A stretch of 64,000 nt of DNA from positions 160,001 to 224,000 of the forward strand of contig CAVUKA010000001.1 of assembly GCA_963741945.1 (NCBI GenBank), read 5' to 3'. Position 1 is the stretch's first letter; every line of letters begins with the position of its first letter. Below the pieces are notes generated by a model that saw only the letters and a list, made by a program, of their open reading frames with translations, was not told the DNA's origin and did no database searches. Positions 47,252-57,997 of this stretch are shown here, one piece after another. This DNA is from an uncultured Gemmatimonadales bacterium. GTDB taxonomy: Bacteria; Gemmatimonadota; Gemmatimonadetes; Longimicrobiales; RSA9. Position numbers and translations under genes: made by a program.

Positions 47252-50200
47252 TCAGTCGCCCAGGTGGCCGTGCGGGTCCATGGCCCGGTACAGTCCGGGC
47301 AGCACCAGGAGCACGATGGGGCCGGAGACCACGAAGCCGCCGATTACGGCGATGGCCAGCGCCTGCATGAGCTGCGAGCCCTGGCCGATGGCGAGGGCGA
47401 GGGGGGCGAGGGCAAAGGCAGTGGCCAGGACGGTCATGGCCACGGGTCGGAGCCGGAGATGCGCCGCGGTCACCCACGCATCCTGCGGCGCCTGCCCGTC
47501 GCGCAGCGCGCGCTGCGCTTCGTGGATCACGAAGATGGCGTTCTCTCCCACGATCCCCACCATCATGATGGCCCCGACATAGCTGGAGATATTGAGCGTG
47601 GTTCCGGTGAGGACGAGGGCGCCGAAGACTCCGGCCAGGACGGCAATCGCGCACAGGGCCGTGGCGATGGGGGCGCGCCAGTCGGTGAACTCGAAGAGCA
47701 CGATGACGCCCACCAGGACCAGCCCGCCGAACAGTACGAAGAGCAGCGACTGGAAGGACTGCTGCTGCTGCTTGTACAGTCCGCCATAGTGCACGGACAT
47801 GCCCGGCCCGAGCTGGACCTGGCTCCCCACCTTCTGCTTGATCTCGTTCATGGCGCTGCCGAGATTGCGTCCGGACAGCCGCGCGGTCACGCCCACGTAC
47901 GTCTGCAGGTTCTCACGGTCGATCTCCGCCTCGGGCGTGCTGGTGTGGATGGTGGCCAGCGTGGAGAGCGGAACCAGGACCGGAGGGGTCTTCCCACGGA
48001 TCGGGAGGTTGGCCAGCGAGTCCGGGGGCGCGGCGAAGACGCGCAGGTCGTAGACCCGTTGACCCACCCGGATCTGGTCCTCCACCGCGCCGTTCACCGC
48101 CGGGGCCACTGCCGCGTGCACGTCCGTGGTGGTGAGGCCGTACCGGGCGGCCGCTTCCGCGTTGACGTCCACCACCAGCGACGGCCCCGAGATGGTGATG
48201 CCGTTGAACACGTCCGTCACCCCGTTGATGTTGCCCAGGACCGCGGCCACCTGTTTCGCCCGGCGGTGCAGGAGCGAGATGTTGTCGCCGAACAGCTTCA
48301 CGTCCACCGGCTGCGGCGTGCCGCCCGACAGGTCCCCGATGTTGTCCTCGAGGAGCTGACCGAAGTCCGTATTGACGGCGGGCTCCACGGCGGCGATCCG
48401 GGTGCGCAGCTGGTCCATCACCGTCTGGATCGCCGCCCGCTGTGAGCGCGGCTTCAACTTGATGACGTAGTCGCCCGTGTTGGGCTCCGTGATGAAGAAG
48501 CCGAGCTGCGTGCCCGTGCGCCGCGAGTAGCTCTCCACGCCCGGCGTCGCTATGATGACTCGTTCCGCCCGTCGCAGCATGGCGTCCGTCTCCGCCAGCG
48601 ACGTCCCGGGCGGTGTGAAGTAGTCCATGATGATGGAGCCCTCGTCCATGGCCGGGAGGAAGTCCGTGCCAATGTTCTGGTAGAGGAAGTAGGCGACGCC
48701 GATGAGCCCCACCGTGACCAGCGCCGGGACGAGGGCATGCCGGACGAACAGGCGCACCACCGCTTCGTAGGTTCGGCCGCTCCATCGCACCAGTCGTCGC
48801 CACGCGTCGAGCACGCCGCCCATGTGGCTTGCCGCGAACGCCTTTGCACGATCCCACCAGCTCTGCTTCTCCTTCCCCTCCCGCGGCGGCGCGTGCTTGT
48901 GGACGGCCACGGGGACCGCCACCAGCGCCACCCCGTAGGAGACGGCGAGCGTGGCGGCCATGGTGAACGCCAGCGGCTTGAAGAACGCGCCCACCACGCC
49001 GTTCACCAGCGCGAACGGGAGCAGGATGATGGTGGTGGAGAGGCTCGAGCCGATGAGGGCCGGCAGGATCTCGCGCACGCTGCTCGACACCGGATCCTCG
49101 CGCCCCTCCTCCCGGTAGCGGTGGATGTTCTCGATCACCACGATGGCGTCGTCGGCAATGAGCCCAAGGGCGGCGGCGATCCCGGCCAGCGTCATGAGGT
49201 TGATGGTCTCGCCGAAGACGCTCATCGCAAGTCCCACAATGGCCACGGTGAGGGGGATGGCCGCCACGGCGATGAGCGTGAGCCGCCAGTCGCGCAGGAA
49301 CACCAGGAGCACGAGCGCGGCCAGCAGCACGCCGATGAAGATGGCGTCGCGGGTCCCGCCCACGGAGTTCGCCACGAAGTGCGCCTGGTCGTAGAAATTC
49401 GTCCACTGTACGTCCTTCGGCAGCAGGTCGGGCTGGTCGCGGAAGAGCTGGTCCACGCCCGACGCGATGCTCACCGTGTTCGCCGACGGCTGCCGGATCA
49501 CGTTCACCAGCACCGCCCGCTGCCCGTTCGCCGTGGTGCGGATGTAGGACACCTCATCCGCCACCTTCACCGTCCCCAGCTCCGCCAGCGTCGCGGGCGG
49601 CCCCGCCGGGGTGGGAACAGCGAGCTGTTCGAGCGCGCTCAGGTCGTGCACGCGCCCGTTCACCAGCGTGAGGTAGAGCTCGTGGTTCCGCTCGGTCAGA
49701 CCCGCCGACAGGATGACGTTCTGGTCCCGGATCGCGGATGCCACGTCCCCCACCGCCAGCCCCCGCCCCTGGAGCGCCTGCGCGTCCAGATGCACCTCGA
49801 ACTGCCGCTGCCGACCGCCCTGGATCTGGACCTGCGAGACGCCCGGGATCCGGATCAGCGCCGGCTTCAGCGTGTACTCCGCCAGCGCCCGGAGCTGGGC
49901 CAGCGACTCCGTCTTCGAGGTGAGGGCGTACCCTTCGATGGGGAACACCGCCGGGTTCATCCACTCCACGTCGATCTGCGTTTCCGGCGGGAGCGTGGGC
50001 TGGACGCGCTGCGTGGCCGCCTGCACCCGCTGCAGCGCCACCTGCATGTCCGTCCCCCAGTGGAACTGGGCGTCGATCTCGCTCGAGCCCCGGGACGTGG
50101 TGGAGCGCACCGTCTGGATCCCCGGCACGCGCAGGATCGCCTCCTCCAGCGGACGCGTCGCCGTCGGCATCATGCGCGCGGCCGGCTCCTCGCCCACGTC

Positions 50201-50347
50201 CGCGATGACGCGCACCAGCGGGAACGTGACGGAGGGGAAAATGGAGGATGGGAGGCGCATCACGGACCACACGCCCGCGGCCGCCAGGATGCCGAGCAGC
50301 AGGTAGACTCCGACGATGCGCCGGCGGGCGCCCTCGACCAGCCTCAC
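47252..50347 (-). CDS. RND efflux permease (AcrB/CusA superfamily)
   Basis: 1031 aa, GLIADDAIVVIENI, FLPAMDEG, RLRPVAMT, ALAIAVIGG. Confidence 0.93.
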   Translation of the reverse strand: MRLVEGARRRIVGVYLLLGILAAAGVWSVMRLPSSIFPSVTFPLVRVIADVGEEPAARMMPTATRPLEEAILRVPGIQTVRSTTSRGSSEIDAQFHWGTDMQVALQRVQAATQRVQPTLPPETQIDVEWMNPAVFPIEGYALTSKTESLAQLRALAEYTLKPALIRIPGVSQVQIQGGRQRQFEVHLDAQALQGRGLAVGDVASAIRDQNVILSAGLTERNHELYLTLVNGRVHDLSALEQLAVPTPAGPPATLAELGTVKVADEVSYIRTTANGQRAVLVNVIRQPSANTVSIASGVDQLFRDQPDLLPKDVQWTNFYDQAHFVANSVGGTRDAIFIGVLLAALVLLVFLRDWRLTLIAVAAIPLTVAIVGLAMSVFGETINLMTLAGIAAALGLIADDAIVVIENIHRYREEGREDPVSSSVREILPALIGSSLSTTIILLPFALVNGVVGAFFKPLAFTMAATLAVSYGVALVAVPVAVHKHAPPREGKEKQSWWDRAKAFAASHMGGVLDAWRRLVRWSGRTYEAVVRLFVRHALVPALVTVGLIGVAYFLYQNIGTDFLPAMDEGSIIMDYFTPPGTSLAETDAMLRRAERVIIATPGVESYSRRTGTQLGFFITEPNTGDYVIKLKPRSQRAAIQTVMDQLRTRIAAVEPAVNTDFGQLLEDNIGDLSGGTPQPVDVKLFGDNISLLHRRAKQVAAVLGNINGVTDVFNGITISGPSLVVDVNAEAAARYGLTTTDVHAAVAPAVNGAVEDQIRVGQRVYDLRVFAAPPDSLANLPIRGKTPPVLVPLSTLATIHTSTPEAEIDRENLQTYVGVTARLSGRNLGSAMNEIKQKVGSQVQLGPGMSVHYGGLYKQQQQSFQSLLFVLFGGLVLVGVIVLFEFTDWRAPIATALCAIAVLAGVFGALVLTGTTLNISSYVGAIMMVGIVGENAIFVIHEAQRALRDGQAPQDAWVTAAHLRLRPVAMTVLATAFALAPLALAIGQGSQLMQALAIAVIGGFVVSGPIVLLVLPGLYRAMDPHGHLGD

Positions 50348-51435
50348 GGGCCCGTGGAGCCGGAAGCGTCCGGAGAGGCCTCCGTCGAGTCCGAGGCCTG
50401 GACCACCTTCGCGCCATCCGGCAGGCCGACCTGACCGGACACGATCACCGGCCGTCCGGCGCCGAGCCGGGGATAGACGATCTCGACGCGCGTCGAGTCC
50501 GCGATCCCGGGAATGACATCCATCCAGTGCGCGTGGTCCGTGGAATCCACCACCGCCATGCGCGTGGTGCCGCTCACGTCGTTGCGGACGACGGCGCCGC
50601 GCGGCACCACGGGCGTGTCCCGGTGCCGGCCCACGACGATGGTGGCCGTGCCGAACAGCCCCACGTCCACCGGCGCTCCCGCGCCTACCGCGGCCGTGGA
50701 GACATCGACGCGGACGGGGATCGTCATCGACACGCCCGTGTCCGCTGGCAGCACGCTGTGCACGGTTCCCCGCAGCGGCGACCGGCGCCCCACCAGGGTG
50801 ATGCGCGCTTCCTGGCCGGGGGAGACGCGGCCGATGTCGCTCTGGGCGATGCCCACCACGAACGTGAGTCTGCCCGTCGTCACCACGCTGATGATGCTGT
50901 CGCCCTGGCTCAGCCGCTCGCCCGGGCTCGCCGAGCGCGCCGCCACCACACCGCCCCGCGCCACCGTGAGCGGCGTCTGCACCACGTTCTGCCGGGCCAC
51001 GGAGAGCGCCCGCTGCGCCATCTCCCGCTCCGCGGCCGTGGCGGCCGAGGCCGCCATGGACTGCGCGCCCTGCAACGCGGCGTAGCTGCTATGCGCCACG
51101 AAGCTGCCGATCCGCTGGCCTGCCCGGACCCGGTCCCCCACGTTCACAGTGAGCGACATGAGCACGCCGTCGAACGGCGCCCGCATCCGCTCCGCGTTCA
51201 GCGCCTTCGTGCTCCCGGGCCCACTCACCGTCTCCCGCATGGTCTGGTAGACGACGGGCGCGATCTGAACCGGCGTCGCCATTCCCGCCGTATCGCTGGC
51301 CGCGCTCGCCGCCGCGCCCGCTCCCCCGCCGCCGCCGAAGCAGCCACTGCACGTACCGCCGCCCCCGCAGGCGAAAGCTGCCATGGCGAGCAGGACGAGG
51401 GAGCGACGCCCGGGGTGCCTCACGGACCGCTCCAT
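50344..51435 (-). CDS. RND membrane fusion protein (lipoprotein)
   Basis: Lipobox AFAC, RAPFDGV...VGDRVRAGQ lipoyl half, GQVGLPDGAKV. Confidence 0.88.
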   Translation of the reverse strand: MERSVRHPGRRSLVLLAMAAFACGGGGTCSGCFGGGGGAGAAASAASDTAGMATPVQIAPVVYQTMRETVSGPGSTKALNAERMRAPFDGVLMSLTVNVGDRVRAGQRIGSFVAHSSYAALQGAQSMAASAATAAEREMAQRALSVARQNVVQTPLTVARGGVVAARSASPGERLSQGDSIISVVTTGRLTFVVGIAQSDIGRVSPGQEARITLVGRRSPLRGTVHSVLPADTGVSMTIPVRVDVSTAAVGAGAPVDVGLFGTATIVVGRHRDTPVVPRGAVVRNDVSGTTRMAVVDSTDHAHWMDVIPGIADSTRVEIVYPRLGAGRPVIVSGQVGLPDGAKVVQASDSTEASPDASGSTGP

Positions 51436-52790
51436 CGGATCAGGCGCGCTCCGGCCTGTCGGTAGTTCATGGCCGCATTGGCCCTCGCGATCTCGGCGTC
51501 GATCCAGGAGGTGAACGCGTCCAGCACCTCGAGGGCGGTGCCGCCGCCGCCGCGGTACAGCGCCGTGGCCTCGAGATAGGAGTCCAGCGCAATGGGGACG
51601 CTGCGCGTCCGGAGCTGGTAGACGCGGTACAGGTCCTCGAGCTGCTCCATCGCCCGCGCCCACTCCAGGTGCGCCTGCCGCCGGACCACGAGCAGCGAGT
51701 CACGCGCCCGACCGGCGCGCAGCTGAGCAGCCTGGATCTGCGCCCGGTACAGGCCGTGGTTCCAGAGCGGCCAGGTGAAGCCCAGCACCGCTTCCACGCC
51801 CGCCCCCTGCCCGTTGTTCATCGGCGCCGGCGGGTTGCTCTGGAACGCCGGCTCCCAGCCGCCGTTCAGCGAGATCCAGAGCTGGGGCAGACGGTCCGCC
51901 CTGGCCTCGGCAATGGCGGCGGCCGCCACGCCCGTGTCCGCCGCGGCGGCTGCGACATCGGGCGTGGAGAGCCACGGAGCGTCAGCCGCCGATGGCGGCG
52001 GAGATGGGGACGGGAGCGGGGTCACGGCCAGGGGCGCCCTCGGGTCCCGCCCCATGAGCGTGTTCAGCTCCACCTGGGCCTCGTCCAGCAGGCGCTCGGC
52101 GTCCGCCGTGTTCGCTTCCTCGTTCGCCAGGCGAGTCCGGGTCTTCAGCACGTCGGCGGCTACACCCTCGCCGCCTGCCCGGCGGGCCTGGAGCCATGCC
52201 AGGTACTGGCCCAGGCGCTGGATGCCCTGCCGGCGCACCTCGATTTCCCGGCGTTGACGCAGCGCTTCCGCATAGCGCAGCCGGACGTCCAGTTCCACGT
52301 CCCGCACCGCCATACGATACCCGGCGGCAGCGGATGTCACCTCGAACCCGGCGCCGCGGACGCCAGCCCGGCGCCGACCGCCGTCGATGAGCGTCTCCTG
52401 GACCATGGCCTGGAGCCGGGCTTCACCCGACGCGTACTTCGGGGGCGCTCCGTCTCGCAGGTCACCATCCAGCGCCACGTTGGGCCACATTCGTGCCCTG
52501 GCCTGCCGCAGCCGTGAAGCGGCGATTGCCGCCGACGCGGCGGCCACGGGGAGCCCCGCGTTGGCGCGCCGTGCCAGCCGCAGGGCGGCGGCAAGCGTGA
52601 CAACACTGTCAGACGCTACCAGGTCCGATGGCGCGGTATCGGGTGCGGCAGCAGGTTCCGGCACCGCTTCCTGGCCCCGTGCACCCGCGGGAACGCATGC
52701 GATGGCCAGGAGCGCGGCCACGGTCAGCCAGCGCTGGCGCCGCGCTCGGCGCCCGCCGGGGTCAATAGGTCTGCTCGATGCGGTCCACAT
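51420..52790 (-). CDS. TolC-family outer membrane factor (start uncertain)
   Basis: Two OEP repeats, TLAAALRLARRAN, YRGGGGTALEVLDA. Confidence 0.88.
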   Translation of the reverse strand: MWTASSRPIDPGGRRARRQRWLTVAALLAIACVPAGARGQEAVPEPAAAPDTAPSDLVASDSVVTLAAALRLARRANAGLPVAAASAAIAASRLRQARARMWPNVALDGDLRDGAPPKYASGEARLQAMVQETLIDGGRRRAGVRGAGFEVTSAAAGYRMAVRDVELDVRLRYAEALRQRREIEVRRQGIQRLGQYLAWLQARRAGGEGVAADVLKTRTRLANEEANTADAERLLDEAQVELNTLMGRDPRAPLAVTPLPSPSPPPSAADAPWLSTPDVAAAAADTGVAAAAIAEARADRLPQLWISLNGGWEPAFQSNPPAPMNNGQGAGVEAVLGFTWPLWNHGLYRAQIQAAQLRAGRARDSLLVVRRQAHLEWARAMEQLEDLYRVYQLRTRSVPIALDSYLEATALYRGGGGTALEVLDAFTSWIDAEIARANAAMNYRQAGARLIRWSGP

Positions 52791-53499
52791 CGTCCAGGAT
52801 CGCGGTCGCCACAGATTTTGCCGGTCCGAGATTGTGCGCGCTCACCGCGCTCTGCAGCCGCGAGATCTCGCCCGTGATCCGCTGGTCCAGCGACGCGTCG
52901 GCGAGCGTGACGTGGCTCTTCACCGCCGAGTAGCGCTGACGGAGCTCCGAGACTGCACTGTCTGCCTGCGACCACTGCCCTTCCTGCGCGTCGTAGATGA
53001 CGTCCCGACCTGCCACGTCCATGTACGCGACGTCGATGGGCACGCGCGTGGGGTACGCCTCCATCATGCCGTTGAGGGCGCGACTCATCCGGTTCGCCGA
53101 CGTGAGCGCCTGATTCCGCCGTTGTTGCTGGACCGCAGCCCGCAGCGTGTCGAGCGCCGTCGCATACGCGTCGAGATCGTTCTGCGCCGGGCCGGTCGCG
53201 GCGATGCGCGACTGCAGGTTTGCGAGCGTGTCCACTTTCCCGCTCGCGGCGGACCAGGAGCCGCCCGCGATGTCATCCTGGATGTCTTCCGCCGCGCTCT
53301 CCGCCTTCGACAGCACGTCCGGCATGCGCGCGGGCTGTCGTGCCGCTTGCGACCCCGCCGCGGTATTCGCCGGCGCGGACGTGGCGGCCGGTGACGCGGC
53401 GTTGTCGCTCGCGTTCTGATTGTTGGCCTGTCCGCCTCCGCCGCACGCCGCCGCACTGGCTACCGTGATCGTCATGAACAGGTTTGTCGCGCGCTTCAT
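52762..53499 (-). CDS. Helical lipoprotein of unknown function in the RND operon
   Basis: Lipobox AAAC, low-complexity tether, amphipathic helices. Confidence 0.75.
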   Translation of the reverse strand: MKRATNLFMTITVASAAACGGGGQANNQNASDNAASPAATSAPANTAAGSQAARQPARMPDVLSKAESAAEDIQDDIAGGSWSAASGKVDTLANLQSRIAATGPAQNDLDAYATALDTLRAAVQQQRRNQALTSANRMSRALNGMMEAYPTRVPIDVAYMDVAGRDVIYDAQEGQWSQADSAVSELRQRYSAVKSHVTLADASLDQRITGEISRLQSAVSAHNLGPAKSVATAILDDVDRIEQTY

Positions 53500-53761
53500 A
53501 TCCGTTCCATCTGCTCCGTCTGTTTGGCCCACGTTCGTGCTCCGGCCCTGCATGGTCCTGAGCGATGCAACGGCAAGACTTGTGACGCCGCTTTACCGCG
53601 TGCGCCGGCGACCGTGACCCCGCTCGCGACGCTGCTCGGACTCCTGCTCGGGGGTGTTGCCCGCCATGCCGGCTCACTCCGACAGCAGCGGCCCCGGGTC
53701 AGGTGATCGACTCACGATCTCCATGGCCCGTGGCCGCAGCCACGGACGCGGCCGGAATCCG

Positions 53762-54436
53762 TCAGCCGTTCTCGTGCTCCACCGACACCACCTGCCCGGA
53801 GCGCGCGTCCACGTTGACCTCCTGGATCCCGCTCTTCCCCGGCACCACGAACTCGAACGAGTAGATCAGGTGACCGTCCTCGTTCTCCAGCTCGCTCGCC
53901 TTCACCCGACTCCCCGCCGGAACCTTCTTCGCCGCGATGGACAGCGCCTGCGCCTCCGTGAGCCGCGCCTGCCGCCGCAGCGCCGCCTGCGCCGCCTCTG
54001 CCGCCTCCCCGTGCTCGCCAGCTTCCGCTGCTTCGCCGACTGCCTCGTGCTCGCCCGCCTCCGCCGCCTCAGCCCCCTCCCCGTGCTCGCCAGCCTCGGC
54101 CGCTTTGCCCATGGACTCGCGCTCGCCAGCTTCCGCCGCTTCCGCCGCCGGGCCCTCGTGCTCCACCGACAGCACCGCCCCGGTGTTCGCGTCCACGTGG
54201 ACCTCCTCGATCCCCGGCCGCCCCGGGACCACGATGTCGTACGAGTAGATCAGGCGGCCGCCCTCCCGCTCCAGCTCCTCCGACTTCACAGTGCCGCCCG
54301 GCACCCGGGCGCTGGCCGCCGCCCGGGCCTTCACCTCCGGCACCTTCGCGCTCCCGCCGGCCTCCTGCGCGCACGCCGGCGACGCCAGCGCCGCGGCCGC
54401 CATCATCGACAACGAAACTCTCAGTATCCGGTTCAT
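53762..54436 (-). CDS. Exported protein with two PepSY domains
   Basis: Twice ELE.E.G.LIYS...VPG..GI.EV.VDA..G.V.SVEHE; GGAGG RBS. Confidence 0.88.
   Translation of the reverse strand: MNRILRVSLSMMAAAALASPACAQEAGGSAKVPEVKARAAASARVPGGTVKSEELEREGGRLIYSYDIVVPGRPGIEEVHVDANTGAVLSVEHEGPAAEAAEAGERESMGKAAEAGEHGEGAEAAEAGEHEAVGEAAEAGEHGEAAEAAQAALRRQARLTEAQALSIAAKKVPAGSRVKASELENEDGHLIYSFEFVVPGKSGIQEVNVDARSGQVVSVEHENG
54000..54145 (-). repeat. 36-nt tandem repeat, about four copies (EAAEAGEH-type)
   Basis: g(t/c)gctcgcc at 54011, 54047, 54083 and 54119. Confidence 0.85.
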
Positions 54437-54804
54437 GCCTGTTCCTCCCATGAATGGTCTGTCCAAGAACCGGTGACCTTTTCCGTCCGGTCACGAGAGA
54501 AAGGTAGCCGGCACATCCTCACAGCCCGTTAACAGCGCCGGGGCGGGCACCACGCCCGTGTGGTGGTGGTGCTGAATCTCGGGGTGGAGCTGAAGGCGCG
54601 GGTGCCCGGACGGAGATGAGCGGGGAACGGCGGATCGCTGGTCTCCGCGCTTTCACCCTGACCGGTCGGTCCCATGGAGGCGCTCCGGTCCGAATGGCGG
54701 GGACCGCCGGCCGCACCCGCGGAACGCGTCGGGTGCGGACACAACCGTTGGGCCGCCGCCGCTGTCCAACGTTTCGAGGTCCAATCCTCCTGACCAGGTT
54801 CCTG

Positions 54805-57324
54805 ATGGCCAACATCAAGGTCGCGTTCCGGAAGCTCCTGAGCACGCCGTTCATCACGGTTGTCGCCATCCTCTCGCTGGCGCTGGGTATCGGCGCCAAC
54901 GCGGCGATCTTCTCCATCTTCCACGAGGTTCTGCTGCGACCGCTCCCGGTGTCGGAGCCGGGCCGGCTGGTGAACCTCGAGGCGCCGGGGCCCAAGCCGG
55001 GGGGGAGCGCGTGCAACGGGGCCGGGGGCTGCGACGTGGTCCTCAGCTACCCCATGTTCCGGGACCTCCAGGCCGCCGAGGGCACGGGGCTCAGCGGGGT
55101 GGCCGGGCACCGCCTGTTCGGCGCGAACATCGTCCAGGGTGACCGTACAGAGGATGGGGCCGGGATGATGGTCTCCGGGTCGTACTTCCCGCTGCTGGGG
55201 CTGCGGCCCGCCCTGGGCCGCCTGTTCCAGCCCGCGGACGACGCGGTCATCGGGGAGAGCCCGCTGGCGGTCCTGAGCTACGGCTTCTGGCAGGACCGCG
55301 TGGGCGGGGACCCCGGCGTGCTGAACCGTACCATCATGGTGAACGGGGCCAGCATGACGGTGGTGGGAGTGGCGCCCCGGGGCTTCGCGGGGACCACGCT
55401 GGGCGCCGAGCCGGACGTATTCGTGCCGCTGAGCATGCGGGGCGCGATGGAGCGGTGGCGGGGAGATCGGGAGAACCATGACCTTGAGAATCGGCGGTCG
55501 TACTGGATCTACGCGTTCGGGCGGCTGGCGCCGGGCGTATCGCTGGAGCAGGCGGACGCCCGACTGAACCGGGTCTACTCGTCCATCCTCAATGAGGTGG
55601 AGGCGCCGCTCCAGGAGGGGATGAGCGAGCAGACGCTGGCCCAGTTCCGGGAAAAGCGGCTGGTGGTGGAGCCCGGAGAGAGAGGTCAGAGCTCCGTCCG
55701 CGAGGAGGTACGCAACCCCCTGCTGCTGCTGCTGGGGATCACCGGGCTGGTCCTGCTGATCGCGTGCGCCAACATCGCGAACCTCCTGCTGGCCCGGGGC
55801 GCCAACCGGAGCACGGAGATGGCGGTCCGAAGCTCCATGGGCGCCACCCGGGGCCAGCTCCTGCGGCAGCTCCTGGTGGAGGCCATGATGCTCGCCGCGG
55901 TGGGCGGTGCAGCGGGTCTCGCCGTGGCGCGTGTGACGCTGGTGGGGATCGGGAGCCTGATCCACATGCCTGCCGATGAGGCGGTGCTCCTGGACCCCCA
56001 CCTCAGCCCTATGGTGCTGGCCTTCACCTCCCTCGTGGCGCTGGGAACGGGCGTCCTCTTCGGGCTCTACCCGGCCTGGTACGCCACCCGGACCGACCTG
56101 GTCTCGTCGCTGAAGAGCGGGACCGGCCAGGCCGCCGGGTCGCGCACGGCCGTCCGGTTCCGGACCGGACTGGTCACCGTCCAGATCGCCCTCTCCATGA
56201 CCATGCTGGTGGCCGCCGGGCTGTTCATCAAGAGCCTGGCCAACATCAGCCGCGTGGACCTGGGGCTCCGGACCGACAACGTGGCCACGTTCAGCATCGC
56301 GCCGCTGTTGAACGACTATGAGCCGGAGCGGTCGGCGGTCCTGTTCGAGCGGCTGCGGGAGGAGCTGGCGGCGCAGCCGGGCGTGTCGGCGGTGACCTCG
56401 GCCCTGGTGCCGGTCCTGGAAGGGAGCGCCTGGGCGGCGCGCGTGGCGGTTCAAGGATTCCAGGAGGGCCCGGACGTCGACGATGTGTCCTTCTTCAACG
56501 AGGTGGGGCCGGGGTACCTGAATGGTTTGGGCATCCCGCTGATTGCTGGCCGGGAATTCGATCAGCGGGATGGCCCCGATGCGCCGAACGTGGCAATCGT
56601 CAACGAGGCGTTCGCCGAGAAGTTCGGCCTCTCGCGGGGCGAGGTGGTTGGCTCGTTCATGGCGATGAACGGCGATTCGCTGGACATCGAGATCATCGGG
56701 CTGGCCCAGAACGCCAAATACAACAGTGTGAAAGACGAAGTCCCGCCCCTCTTCTTCACCCCACACCGGCAGGATGCACGCCTGGGGATCCTCAATTTCT
56801 ATGTCCGGACGGCCGGCGACCCCGGCCCGATCCTCCGCGCCATCCCGGACGTGGTGCGACGCCTCGATTCCAACCTTCCGGTGTCGAACCTCAAGACACT
56901 GGAACAGCAGGCCGTGGAGAGCGTGGCCATGGACCGGTTGATCAGCATCCTGACCACGTCGTTCGCCGTCCTGGCCACGCTCCTGGCCGCCATCGGACTC
57001 TACGGCGTGCTGGCCTATACCGTGACCCGGCGTACCCGGGAGATCGGGCTCCGCATGGCGCTGGGCGCCGACACCCCACGGGTGCGCCGGCTGGTGCTGC
57101 GGCAGGTGGGCGTCATGTTCGCGCTGGGCGGCGGGATGGGCCTCGCGGCCGCCCTGATGCTGGGACGTGCCGCCGGGTCGCTCCTCTACCAGCTCGATGG
57201 CTACGACCCCGGGGTCGCCGCGTCGGCCGCCGTACTCCTGGCCATGGTGGCGTTCGGCGCCGGCTACGTACCGGCGTTCCGGGCGTCCCGGGTCGATCCC
57301 ATGGAGGCGCTCCGGCACGAGTAG
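54805..57324 (+). CDS. ADOP/MacB-like duplicated ABC permease
   Basis: LALGIGANAAIFS, LLIACANIANLLLAR, GLYGVLAY.V.RRTREIGLRMALGA, VDPMEALRHE. Confidence 0.93.
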   Translation: MANIKVAFRKLLSTPFITVVAILSLALGIGANAAIFSIFHEVLLRPLPVSEPGRLVNLEAPGPKPGGSACNGAGGCDVVLSYPMFRDLQAAEGTGLSGVAGHRLFGANIVQGDRTEDGAGMMVSGSYFPLLGLRPALGRLFQPADDAVIGESPLAVLSYGFWQDRVGGDPGVLNRTIMVNGASMTVVGVAPRGFAGTTLGAEPDVFVPLSMRGAMERWRGDRENHDLENRRSYWIYAFGRLAPGVSLEQADARLNRVYSSILNEVEAPLQEGMSEQTLAQFREKRLVVEPGERGQSSVREEVRNPLLLLLGITGLVLLIACANIANLLLARGANRSTEMAVRSSMGATRGQLLRQLLVEAMMLAAVGGAAGLAVARVTLVGIGSLIHMPADEAVLLDPHLSPMVLAFTSLVALGTGVLFGLYPAWYATRTDLVSSLKSGTGQAAGSRTAVRFRTGLVTVQIALSMTMLVAAGLFIKSLANISRVDLGLRTDNVATFSIAPLLNDYEPERSAVLFERLREELAAQPGVSAVTSALVPVLEGSAWAARVAVQGFQEGPDVDDVSFFNEVGPGYLNGLGIPLIAGREFDQRDGPDAPNVAIVNEAFAEKFGLSRGEVVGSFMAMNGDSLDIEIIGLAQNAKYNSVKDEVPPLFFTPHRQDARLGILNFYVRTAGDPGPILRAIPDVVRRLDSNLPVSNLKTLEQQAVESVAMDRLISILTTSFAVLATLLAAIGLYGVLAYTVTRRTREIGLRMALGADTPRVRRLVLRQVGVMFALGGGMGLAAALMLGRAAGSLLYQLDGYDPGVAASAAVLLAMVAFGAGYVPAFRASRVDPMEALRHE

Positions 57325-57971
57325 CGGGGCCCGCCGGTCTGACCTTGCACCGTCAACGACCCGCCGGGACATTGATGGGATGGCGAGGAGTTCTCCCGGA
57401 CGCCCCGGACTTCGGCGTCCTAGCCTACGAAGTGGGCGTCGAACAGGGAGAGTTGGAGCTCGCCGGCCAGCGCATCGAGATCAATCAGCGGGCCCGCAGT
57501 GGCCCGGGTCCGGGCTCGTCACGCTGAAGGCGGGGTCGCCGATCGCGTCGAGGTCATCGATCGTCACGCGCCCGGTGTCCACCCGCATGCCAGAGCCGAG
57601 CCGAGCCGAAAGATGGTTCGCTGTAGCGAAGCGGGCGCAAGTACGGGCAAGCAGACGCCGACTCCCGGCCCGCACCTGTGCCTTTGAGGGCGCGGACGGC
57701 CGATGCCGCCCCGCGTGTTGGTGCCCGCCCATGTGAGCAGTCGAGCCGGAGCGCCCGGTTGCCTGCAGAGCGCAGCGGGCGCAAGACCCCCGGCAAGCGG
57801 AGGCCGACTCCCGCGTCACTGCGCCGCCCCAGGCCTGCGCTGGAAACGGCTCGGACTGCGCCAGAACGTTTGGGACCTGATCGAACGCCACGGCGTCGTC
57901 CTTTGTCGTGGCCGGGCCGGCGCTCCTGGTCCGCTCCCAGCCGACCGGATTGCCGCCGGAGGCTGCCGATA

Positions 57972-57997
57972 GTATCGTTGTATACGATGAGTGATAC
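57972..57997. promoter_or_regulatory. Candidate autoregulatory operator overlapping the antitoxin start
   Basis: ATCGT-TGTAT-ACGAT palindrome plus GTATC...GATAC in an AT-rich patch with no Shine-Dalgarno. Confidence 0.45.

Noticed and set aside
54000-54145. 36-nt periodic repeat considered as a CRISPR array
   Set aside because: No spacers, it is in frame within a CDS, and no cas genes are present.
57345-57740. Short ORFs between the ADOP permease and the TA pair
   Set aside because: Possibly gene debris, but no family could be recognised.
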